DNA of 64,000 nucleotides. Source: Myxococcota bacterium (GTDB lineage Bacteria; Myxococcota; JAJVIH01). The notes below the pieces were generated by a model. That model did not search any database, was not told the origin of the DNA, and saw nothing but the letters and a program-made list of their open reading frames with translations. How positions within the stretch are numbered: the first letter of the stretch is position 1; each line of letters opens with the position of its first letter. The stretch spans positions 29,081 through 93,080 of the forward strand of contig JAJVIH010000016.1 of assembly GCA_022072125.1 (NCBI GenBank). The letters are read 5' to 3'. Of the stretch, positions 10,007 to 18,288 are shown piece after piece. The translations under genes and the position numbers were made by a program.

Positions 10007-10715
10007 TTGGTCCGCTCACGTTCCTGGCGCGGTGAACGGAACAACAAACGGGCGCGGACAAGGCGCGCCGGCAGGGATGGCTGCCACCGGCCATGATCGC
10101 ATGGAGGTCCGCCGCCGCTGCCTTGCGGCAGCGGCGGCCCCGCCCCGCGCAAAGGCCCGGGAGCGCGCGCCGCCGCATCCAAACTCCCCAACCCCGGACG
10201 ATCACCGGCGCAGGCCGCGCGCAGGCGGATGAACGGGCGCCGGTGTGCGGGTACGGCTTCCGCGGCCCGGCGGTCAGCCATCCGCGCGGGGCCTGCGCGG
10301 CCATGCGGCCCCGCCTGAAGCCGCGCGCGATCCCGGGCCTTTTCGCCTCCACCCCCCCGCGCCCCCCGGTCCCCTGTTCATGCGCATGCTGGCGCCCGTA
10401 CGAATGATCTTGCTTCATGCGCGCATCCCGCTCGCACGGACACGGGGACCGCCCGTTCCGCGGCCGCGCGCCTGGTGCGCGCGAGGCGCGGAACGGAAGC
10501 CGCCTGCGGCGGCCGGGGGGCGCAGGGGGGGTGGAGGCGGCGTGCGCAAAGCGCCCGCGCGCGGGGCGGGGCCTCCCCCCGCTTTCAGCGGGGGGAGGCG
10601 GACGCCGGTGATCGAACTTGGGGTGGAGATACGCCGCTTGGGGGCGAAACCGTCATGGCCGCCGCGGCGCGCATCGTGGACCTCGACGCCGCCCGCTGGT
10701 TTTGATTATGCGGAT

Positions 10716-10744
10716 AAAAAAAGCCGGGAGCTGCTCCCGGCTTT
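10716..10744 (-). terminator. Intrinsic terminator after groES
   Basis: AAAGCCGGGAGC-T-GCTCCCGGCTTT inverted repeat with a T7 tract on the minus strand, 24 nt past the groES stop. Confidence 0.8.
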
Positions 10745-10767
10745 CGCGTTGGAGTGGCGAAACGCGA

Positions 10768-11055
10768 TCACTCGATGACGCCGAGGATGTCTTCCTCGCG
10801 CAGGATCAGGTGCTCCTCGCCGTCAATCTTGACCTCGGCGCCGCTGTACTTGCCGAAGAGAATCTTGTCGCCTTTCTTGACCTGAAGCGGATGAACCTTG
10901 CCGGTGTCTCCGATGCGGCCCTCACCCACGGCGATGATCAGACCCTCCAGGGGTTTTTCCTTGGCGGTGTCGGGGATGATGATCCCGCCCTTGGTTTTCT
11001 GTTCGCTTTCCAGGCGCTTCACCAGCACGCGATCGTGCACGGGACGAATCTTCAT
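10768..11055 (-). CDS. groES: Co-chaperonin GroES
   Basis: [14 protein letters not shown]...[15 protein letters not shown]...[13 protein letters not shown]; AGGAG RBS; true start 11055. Confidence 0.96.
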   Translation of the reverse strand: MKIRPVHDRVLVKRLESEQKTKGGIIIPDTAKEKPLEGLIIAVGEGRIGDTGKVHPLQVKKGDKILFGKYSGAEVKIDGEEHLILREEDILGVIE

Positions 11056-11265
11056 GGATGGACTCCTGTCGAGAATGGGTTTGCGGCCCAGTTGAAATGC
11101 AAAGCCAAGGGTAACCACCCCCCGGTCCCGGTCAAGGGGCGCCGGCCCATGAAAGGGGGCCGGAATGGCCGATCCTCCACGCGGGAACCGGATGGATTCC
11201 CGGCCGCTTGACGGCGTTGGCGGTTCGGTCTTTACAGATCGGATGAAACCCCATCCTGGAAATTC

Positions 11266-11616
11266 GTGGTGAAGGGAACCGGTCCAGACGGGCGGGCGCG
11301 GTTGCACGAACTGATGGCCGCGGATGGGCCGAAGCCCAGCGTATTCGCCCATTACTGGGCGCGCATCGCCCTGGATTGCTGCGACGAATTGGGGCTGCAT
11401 CCATCGGGCCTGGACCTGACTGGGGAAGGCGGGGTGCGTATTCAATTGCCGGGAGACGGCTGGCGCGCCGAACTGGATTGCGAAGCGGACGCCGGAATTT
11501 GCCTGGAAATCTGGAGCCGCGGCGCGCGGCGGCTGGAGGACGTTCCATCCACCGCGGAGGACCTGTGGCTGGCGCTCAAACGCCTGCGGGAGCAGCAGAC
11601 CGGCGGCCGCGGATGA
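11266..11616 (+). CDS. Hypothetical protein
   Basis: ORF fills the gap between groES and the Fur-family gene and has protein-like composition; start uncertain (11266 GTG or 11314 ATG); overlaps the convergent gene by ~40 nt. Confidence 0.4.
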   Translation: MVKGTGPDGRARLHELMAADGPKPSVFAHYWARIALDCCDELGLHPSGLDLTGEGGVRIQLPGDGWRAELDCEADAGICLEIWSRGARRLEDVPSTAEDLWLALKRLREQQTGGRG

Positions 11617-11986
11617 TCACCTGGGTTTCGTGGATGTCCAGCCCAGGCAGGTCTTTCAGGCGGCGGACTTCCAGCGTGTCGAAGGGGATATCGAGAATAT
11701 CGCCGGATTCCTCGTCCACGAAATGGTGATGGGGATCCAGCCGGGGGTCGAACACGCTCTTGCCTTCGGTGATGATCAACTCGCGGATCAACCCCTTTTT
11801 CACGAAGAGATTCAGGGTGTTGTACACGGTGGCCCGGGACAGCCAGGGGAAATTCTCCTTGACCCGCTCCCAGACCTGTTCCGCCGAGGGATGCTCTTCC
11901 GTGAACAAGACATACCCGCCCACCGCGACCCGCTGGGCCGAGGGCTGGATATGATGCTCACGCAGGAGTTTGGTTACCCGTTCCAT
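11576..11986 (-). CDS. Fur/PerR family transcriptional regulator
   Basis: [33 protein letters not shown]; lacks the CxxC zinc site. Confidence 0.9.
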   Translation of the reverse strand: MERVTKLLREHHIQPSAQRVAVGGYVLFTEEHPSAEQVWERVKENFPWLSRATVYNTLNLFVKKGLIRELIITEGKSVFDPRLDPHHHFVDEESGDILDIPFDTLEVRRLKDLPGLDIHETQVIIRGRRSAAPAGV

Positions 11987-12146
11987 GCTGTCTTAGAGTT
12001 AGTCCAAATTCCATCCATGTCAAGAACCCGGGAAATATCCATGACATCAAGGGGATACGCCCCTGTTTCCGGATGGAAAAACCCCTCCGGATGGCGTCCG
12101 GAGGGGAAAGGGAAGGGGAAGCGGCGGATGGCCGTCCGGCGGCGGC

Positions 12147-12542
12147 CTACATGCCGCTGACCAGGCGCGGGCCGGGGATTTCCTTGCGGTTCAAGGGGAC
12201 GATGCGGTTCTGGTCATCCACGAACACCAGCCTGGGCTCGTGCTTTTTCGCCTCGGTGTCCTCCATGTGGACAAACGAGGCGATGATCACCTTGTCGCCA
12301 GGGGCGCACAGGCGCGCGGCGGCGCCGTTCAGGCAAATCACGCCAGAGCCCCGATCACCGCGCAGCGCGTAGGTTTGCAGCCGGGAGCCGCAGGTCACGT
12401 TCCAGATGTGGACCATTTCGTTTTCGATGAGGTCCGCGGCGTCCAACAGGTCGGCGTCAATGGTCACGCTGCCTTCGTACTGCAGGTTGGCGTGGGTGAT
12501 GGTCGCCCGGTGGATTTTGGACTTGAGCATCTCGCGTTGCAT
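12147..12542 (-). CDS. panD: Aspartate 1-decarboxylase
   Basis: [12 protein letters not shown]...YEGSVTID (Gly-Ser autocleavage site), RLQTY, LNGAAAR, GDKVII. Confidence 0.96.
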   Translation of the reverse strand: MQREMLKSKIHRATITHANLQYEGSVTIDADLLDAADLIENEMVHIWNVTCGSRLQTYALRGDRGSGVICLNGAAARLCAPGDKVIIASFVHMEDTEAKKHEPRLVFVDDQNRIVPLNRKEIPGPRLVSGM

Positions 12543-12923
12543 GGCCGGCTCCGTTTGACCGGAAGCGCGCGGATGCAAGGATGGACTGGTGGGAAATTCA
12601 GGCGCGGGTTTGCGCCCTGGCCCCGTGTCCGTCCCGGTTCACCGCGTGAATCCAGGCGTTACAGGTTTGGCGGTCGTGCGTTTGATGTTGGGTGGGGCCC
12701 CTTGCGGGTGCCTCTCCAGCGCGCACGTCAACTATATACAACCGCCGGTGCCCCAGGGCAAGAGGATGGAGCGGAATCAAGCCGGGATTTTGGCGCCCCA
12801 TCCCGGCGGCGGTTCGTTTCCATGAAGAAGGTGTTCGTGGCCCGTTCCGCCCGGCGGGACACAAGGGGGCGCGAAACGGCCGTGCTCGGAATGAGGCGTC
12901 CATCGCGCCGCCTGTCTCTTCGC

Positions 12924-14399
12924 CTACAACGACTTGAGGAACTCCACCAACGCGCGTTTGTCTTCCGCCGGGAGGGCGACGCCCCATTCGTGGCCCTGGT
13001 TTGAATTGCCTTTGCGGGTGGTGTCCACTTCGAAACCCGGCGCCGGGCCGATCCGGAATTTCTTCGGGCGATCTGCCGCGGGCTTCAGCAAATCCTCCAG
13101 CGTGGGGACGCTGCCGTTGTGCAGGTAGGGCGCGGTCGCCCACAAGCCCCGCAGATCGTTGACGCGGTAGCCATCGGTCGGGCGAACCTTGAGCTTCTTC
13201 TCGACAATGAATTTGAGCAGATTGCCGCGCCCCGCGTCCGTATTGCCGCTGCCGTCCGGCGGCGCTTCGGGATCGCCTCCCCCCTGCAGCATCTGGTAGT
13301 GAATAAACGAGGTGCGGATGGAGCCGCGCGGAAACGCCGGATCTTCGCCGGGCAACCGTTCCTTGCCATCGGGTTTGTCATCCAGCGCCGTCACGCCGTC
13401 TTTGTTGACATCGGGAGTCAGGCGTCCGTCCGGGCCGGTTTTCATGTTGTGGCAGGCGATGCATTTCGCCTCCTTGAACACGGTTTCTCCCCGCGCAATC
13501 AGCGCGCCGTCGCCTGGCGGCCCCTTCGGCGCATCCATGGAGGCGAAGAAGGTCAGGAACAGGCTGGTTTTTTCCCCGGGCGGAAACGGGATGGCCGGTT
13601 TGGATTTGGAGGGGTCCCCCGCGCCGAAGGCGAAGATGCTCAGGTACGCCTCGCTGCGGATTTCCTGGCCGGTGCCCATGTAATTCAGCGCCGTGCGCTC
13701 GCCCAGCGTGAAGTAGGGCGGGAAATCGGCGGCGACGGGGTATTTGTATGCGCCGGTGCTGGCGTCGGTGCGGCCCGGGCCGAATTCCAGGGCCTTGTCC
13801 TTGCCGTACTTGCTGTCGAAGAGGGTGGGGTTGCCATCGGAGACCCAGCGTTTGTCCACCTCGAAATTGAAGCGGGAGAGGTCGAGGTTGCGGTTGGGCG
13901 CGCCCAGCCACAGGCGTCCATCGGGCAATTCGGCCACATGGCAGATGGCGCAGGTTTCACGGGCCCTGGCGGGATCTTTTTTCCCGCGCTTGAAGCCCAC
14001 CGGCAGATCATCCGCCGGATCGGGAATGAAGCCGAACCTGCTGAATTGATCGCCGAAGACCTCCGGCTCCCGTTCTTGCAGCCTGACCATCCAGTCCGCG
14101 GGCGGCCAGCCAGCCAGTCCTTCGGTGTCCCAGGTTTCGTGCAGGAACATCAACTGACCGGCGTAACGCGGATCGTTTTTGTCCACCCCGTTGGCGAATA
14201 CCAGTTCCTGCCTGGGCGGCGGACCAGAAATACCGGCCGCGGAGGCGGGTCCGCCGTCCTGGATGGCGCTGTCCGGAGAAACCGCCGCGCCGTCCGGAAC
14301 AATGGGATTCGTGATGGTACAGGCCGCCGTTCCCAACACCGCCAGCAATAGCAATGGAACCGGCGTGCGGCGAAGAGGTTCTGAAATCAATGGCTTCAT
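12924..14399 (-). CDS. Di-heme cytochrome c lipoprotein, RoxA-like/CcP-MauG superfamily
   Basis: Lipobox TAAC; CAICH and CIACH heme motifs; LRGLWATAPYLHNGSVPTL and GNSNQGH...ALVEFLKSL C-terminus. Confidence 0.8.
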   Translation of the reverse strand: MKPLISEPLRRTPVPLLLLAVLGTAACTITNPIVPDGAAVSPDSAIQDGGPASAAGISGPPPRQELVFANGVDKNDPRYAGQLMFLHETWDTEGLAGWPPADWMVRLQEREPEVFGDQFSRFGFIPDPADDLPVGFKRGKKDPARARETCAICHVAELPDGRLWLGAPNRNLDLSRFNFEVDKRWVSDGNPTLFDSKYGKDKALEFGPGRTDASTGAYKYPVAADFPPYFTLGERTALNYMGTGQEIRSEAYLSIFAFGAGDPSKSKPAIPFPPGEKTSLFLTFFASMDAPKGPPGDGALIARGETVFKEAKCIACHNMKTGPDGRLTPDVNKDGVTALDDKPDGKERLPGEDPAFPRGSIRTSFIHYQMLQGGGDPEAPPDGSGNTDAGRGNLLKFIVEKKLKVRPTDGYRVNDLRGLWATAPYLHNGSVPTLEDLLKPAADRPKKFRIGPAPGFEVDTTRKGNSNQGHEWGVALPAEDKRALVEFLKSL

Positions 14400-14406
14400 G
14401 ATGAAC

Positions 14407-16314
14407 TCACAGGGTGTGCAGGAAGAAGATCAGCGCGTCAAGGTCTTCGGGTTTCAGCCGGGAAGTGACGCCATGGCTGTCGCCGGGGTTGTGAATGGCA
14501 AAAAGGTCTTTCAGGCTGGCGGCGCGGCCATCGTGCAGATAAGGGGCGCGGGCGCGCACGCCGCGCAGCGGCGGCGTGATCACTTTTTCCATGCGGGCGT
14601 CGCCGTCGGAAGAAGCAGCGCTGACCGCATGCGGGGATTTGTCCGTGAACCACTCCCCCTGATGGCAGCCGGCGCAGCCGGTCTCCTTCGAGTAAAAGAG
14701 TTCGCGTCCGCGGTTGAGAAGAGGCCCTTCTTCATCCGCGACCGGACGGCCCGGAGGGGGCTTCAGTTCATCCATGTAGGCGGCGAAAGCATTGAAGTTG
14801 ACCACCAGGCCCGCGCCTTCCATCAGTTCCAGCGTGGTGGCGCGGCTGAGCACCGCCGTATCCTTGAATTTTCCGTCCCGGGGATAGGGGGCCAGGCTGG
14901 CCTTTGCGTTCCATGCGGCCGGGGTGCGCCGCAGTTTGCGGGGCACGCCGCGTGTATGCAGAAACCAGTTCAGGCCATCCTCTCCGCCGTTGGGGTGACA
15001 GGTCGCGCAGGTCACCACCCCGCTGGGCGTGAGCTGGATATTCTCCGCGTCGTGGAACAGCTTGCGGCCTTCGAGCGCCGCTGGAGACAGGCGTTTGGGC
15101 GACACGGGCCAGGTGCGCTCCGGGGATCGTCCGATCACCCGCGTGTCATCCGCCGGCGCGGGCGCCTCCAGACGGGCCACCGACCAGTCGAAGGCGCAAT
15201 CCACCCAGGCGGTCCTGCCATCCCGGCTCAGCGCGATTCCACGCGGCCCGCTGTTGACCGGAAAATTGGCGATGACCCGGCCGGAGCCGATCAGGGCGAC
15301 ATTGTTGGTGGTCTGGTGCGTCACCCAGAGCAGGCCGCTCGCGGCGGAATACGCCATGGCCGAGGGGCTGTTGAAGACCTTCGGCCCGCCGGAAAACCCG
15401 GCGTAACGAAAATCCCACGGCCCCCACAACACCGGTTCGATGCGGGGCTTTCCATCCGCGACCGAACCGTAACCCCCCTGTTCCGGCGGACGGCCGCGGT
15501 CGCCGTCGTTATCCACCAGCAGGGCGGCGGCGGCGAAAGGCTGGGACAACCCGATCAAGGGCGTCAACGCATGAAAGCTGGAAATCCGCCGGGGTGCGGC
15601 CCCGGGGGGCTGAATATTCATGACCGCCGCCGGTTCCAGGGGCCGCGCTTCGGCGGAAGCCGATCGCCGCGCGGCGGGAATATTCAGCATGGCGATCCGT
15701 CCCGAACGCCAATACGCAATCGCCAGTTGATCGCCCAGAACCGCCAGCGTTCCCGGCGCATCCGGCGTGGTCAGGCGGTGGGTGATGGTCCATTCGCGGG
15801 TGTCGAGGCGGAGCACCAGGTTGTCGTTGTTGCAGGACACCCACGCCGCTTTGCCGTCCGCATCCTCGGCCACGACGCCGAAGGTTCCGCCGCAGGGCGT
15901 ATCCACGTAACGAACCGCGGGACTGGGCGTGCTCCAGTCCACGATGGCCAGACGGCGGTCCTGTGCGTGGGTGATGACCAGCCGGCCATTGGGCAGCAGG
16001 GCCAATTGAACGGGATGGAGCCCTGTCTCCGCGGCGCCTGTCGCCTCAAGGGTTGCGGAGTCCAGCCGCATCACCCGGTCATCGTCGCTGGAAAGCACGA
16101 AGACCCGCCGCTCATCGCCGTCAAGAGCGATGGAGGTGGAGCGCGCCTGGTGGATGGCGGCCTGGGCGCCCGCATCGGGCGTATCCGGCCCGCCGGTGCT
16201 GGAGCAGGCGAACAACAGCGCCGCCGCGCAAAGCGCGGCGGCGCCGGGATGGCTTCCCCTCCCCGGCGGTCCGCCGGATCCGGCGGAACCGCGGGCGCGG
16301 CGGGACGGGATCAT
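14407..16314 (-). CDS. YVTN/YncE-type beta-propeller fused to a di-heme cytochrome c (CcP/MauG-like) domain; lipoprotein
   Basis: Lipobox LFAC; propeller repeats (GLHPVQLALLPNG, GPRGIALSRDG); GRKLF..CATCH, GRELF..CAGCH, TPPLRGV..APYLHDG. Confidence 0.8.
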   Translation of the reverse strand: MIPSRRARGSAGSGGPPGRGSHPGAAALCAAALLFACSSTGGPDTPDAGAQAAIHQARSTSIALDGDERRVFVLSSDDDRVMRLDSATLEATGAAETGLHPVQLALLPNGRLVITHAQDRRLAIVDWSTPSPAVRYVDTPCGGTFGVVAEDADGKAAWVSCNNDNLVLRLDTREWTITHRLTTPDAPGTLAVLGDQLAIAYWRSGRIAMLNIPAARRSASAEARPLEPAAVMNIQPPGAAPRRISSFHALTPLIGLSQPFAAAALLVDNDGDRGRPPEQGGYGSVADGKPRIEPVLWGPWDFRYAGFSGGPKVFNSPSAMAYSAASGLLWVTHQTTNNVALIGSGRVIANFPVNSGPRGIALSRDGRTAWVDCAFDWSVARLEAPAPADDTRVIGRSPERTWPVSPKRLSPAALEGRKLFHDAENIQLTPSGVVTCATCHPNGGEDGLNWFLHTRGVPRKLRRTPAAWNAKASLAPYPRDGKFKDTAVLSRATTLELMEGAGLVVNFNAFAAYMDELKPPPGRPVADEEGPLLNRGRELFYSKETGCAGCHQGEWFTDKSPHAVSAASSDGDARMEKVITPPLRGVRARAPYLHDGRAASLKDLFAIHNPGDSHGVTSRLKPEDLDALIFFLHTL

Positions 16315-17999
16315 AGTTTGGGCAGCAGAATCGCGAACTGCACGTCGAAGGGCTGCTCAAAGCAGGACAGCTTGTACCCGCCGATGGGAATGAACACCGG
16401 GTCGCCCTGATCGGGTCCGGGGTCCTTGGGATCGGCGTTGCCGTCAATATCCATGAAGCCCAGAACCTGGTAGTCGCCCGCCGGAACCTGATCCTCAATC
16501 AAAAATTCCGTGGAAGGACGTCCGCCCTCGATGGAGACATTCTCGAATTTGAAGCTGGCGACCGGTTTGGTCCCTTCCTTCGGGCCGGCGATGGTGACAT
16601 CCTCGGATTTGTAGATGCTTCCCGAGACGGTTCCCTTGAGGGGCGCCTTCACCCGCCCTTCCTTCTCCGCCTTGCGGATGACATCCGAGCTGACAAAACG
16701 CACCTTGAAACGGCCCTGGGGCGCTTCGTAGCTGCCCAGCTCGGAGCATTTGGTCTGCTTGGTCGGCCAAGTTTCAGGAATTTCCATGGTTTTCGGATAG
16801 GGGACAAAATCCACGTCGCGCAGGAAATTGATCGGCGACTCCACCGCGTAGGCGATATCGAAACGCCCGGCCTTGCCGGTGGCCACCACCGCCACCACGC
16901 CGCCGGAATGGGGATCGTCATAGTAGAACGGCGCCTGCCAGTCGGTGGGCTTCTTGCCTTCTTTCTGCTCGCGTTCGTTCTGATCCAGCATCACGAACAC
17001 CGCTTGGCGGAACTGATCGCCGGCGATGAATGAAGCGGGCGCCCGGGCGAAGGGCACCCGGCTCTTGTCCAGCTTGACCACCTCGAAGGCCACGTCAATG
17101 AATTTGTCCTTCAGCTTGGGCGTGACCGTCAGGCGCAGCCACTTGTGCGGAAGCAACTGGAAATCGCGGAAATTCTGGTCCGCGCCCGGAGAAATGCCGT
17201 AAGCGCGCTGCACGAAGAAGGTGAACTCGTCGCGGGAAGGCGCGAACCAAGCGGTTCCGGCGATGGATTCATAGGGCTTTCCGCTGAAAGCTGGACCATT
17301 GAGCTTGCCGCCGCTCAACGAGGTTTGCGGGGTGTTGATATTCAACACCAATTTGGTGCGGGGCTCGCGTTTCGGCTCGAAATCAAAGCGGACGCCGAGA
17401 CTGCCGCCGTTGGAAGAGCGGCTGCGATACTCCAGCCAGAAGGGCGCGCCTCCGCCGGGCTCTTTTTGCTGCACTTCCAGAGCGGTGGCTGTGGCGGTGC
17501 GGACGGCGTCCATGAACAGCTTGCCGTAAGCCTTGGAGGCGGGCGCGCGCATCATGGTGCGGCGCTTGTCGTTCTCATTGGCCGGCTCGACCGGAATCAG
17601 GTCGCCCTGAATGAGAATCTGATCCGGCGTCTGCGGATCCGCCGACGAACCAATCTCGATATTTTCCTTGATCTTCACTCCAGAAGCGAATTGCCCGGCG
17701 GAAGCGCCGTCGCCGAGGATCGGATCAAACATCGCGACAAATTCATCGAGGGTCATGTCCCGCTCCACCGTCAAGCCAATGTATTCGATGGGATTGGCGC
17801 GCGGACGGAAAGCGGTTTCATCGGGGCTGGCGGCCGCGCCGCCCGTGGCCGGACCAGGTCCGGCGGCGTCCTGTCCTCCCGCATTGTTGTTCTGGTTGGC
17901 GGGAGGGTTGTTGTTGTCGCTGGCGCATCCGGCCAGCAGGACCAGCGCCGCCGGCGCGAGCAGGAGATGGCGGCGGGGGAACTTCGTCGAGGGAATCAT
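16311..17999 (-). CDS. Hypothetical lipoprotein with an internally duplicated domain and a C-terminal DxDGN beta-sandwich
   Basis: PRRHLL Tat-like signal and LAGC lipobox; RAPAS repeat twice; PAGDYQVLGFMDIDGN; translationally coupled to the next gene. Confidence 0.75.
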   Translation of the reverse strand: MIPSTKFPRRHLLLAPAALVLLAGCASDNNNPPANQNNNAGGQDAAGPGPATGGAAASPDETAFRPRANPIEYIGLTVERDMTLDEFVAMFDPILGDGASAGQFASGVKIKENIEIGSSADPQTPDQILIQGDLIPVEPANENDKRRTMMRAPASKAYGKLFMDAVRTATATALEVQQKEPGGGAPFWLEYRSRSSNGGSLGVRFDFEPKREPRTKLVLNINTPQTSLSGGKLNGPAFSGKPYESIAGTAWFAPSRDEFTFFVQRAYGISPGADQNFRDFQLLPHKWLRLTVTPKLKDKFIDVAFEVVKLDKSRVPFARAPASFIAGDQFRQAVFVMLDQNEREQKEGKKPTDWQAPFYYDDPHSGGVVAVVATGKAGRFDIAYAVESPINFLRDVDFVPYPKTMEIPETWPTKQTKCSELGSYEAPQGRFKVRFVSSDVIRKAEKEGRVKAPLKGTVSGSIYKSEDVTIAGPKEGTKPVASFKFENVSIEGGRPSTEFLIEDQVPAGDYQVLGFMDIDGNADPKDPGPDQGDPVFIPIGGYKLSCFEQPFDVQFAILLPKL

Positions 18000-18056
18000 A
18001 AAGGGGAGCCTGGGTTGGTTGATCCTGGGGCGCGCCCCGGGCGCGGGCGCGGAGGG

Positions 18057-18086
18057 AGGCTACGCATCGCCCGCGCGCCCTGTCAA
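18057..18086 (-). promoter_or_regulatory. Putative sigma70 promoter of the cytochrome operon
   Basis: Minus strand TTGACA-18 nt-TAGCCT. Confidence 0.45.
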
Positions 18087-18188
18087 GGCGTTTCAATGGA
18101 ACGCCGCGTTACGAAAACGCGCCCGCGCCACACGTGGATGCGCCGCCCCATCCGTTTCCCCGGTGAAACCCGGGAGGGAAAGCGGAAA

Positions 18189-18204
18189 TGTTTCACGTGA
18201 AACA
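18189..18204. other. parS: parS site (ParB binding)
   Basis: Perfect palindrome TGTTTCACGTGAAACA matching the canonical parS consensus; intergenic. Confidence 0.88.
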
Positions 18205-18288
18205 ACGTTCAGCTTCCCATCCGGGAAGGAAAAACCCCGCCGCGGGGCCTCCCGGGCGGGGGGGGCGAGCAGGCCGGGAAGCGGGCGC

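Noticed and set aside
11056-11260. CIRCE element upstream of groES
   Set aside because: No TTAGCACTC-N9-GAGTGCTAA match.
18123-18142. Second parS-like CACGTG site
   Set aside because: Flanks do not match the consensus or form a palindrome.
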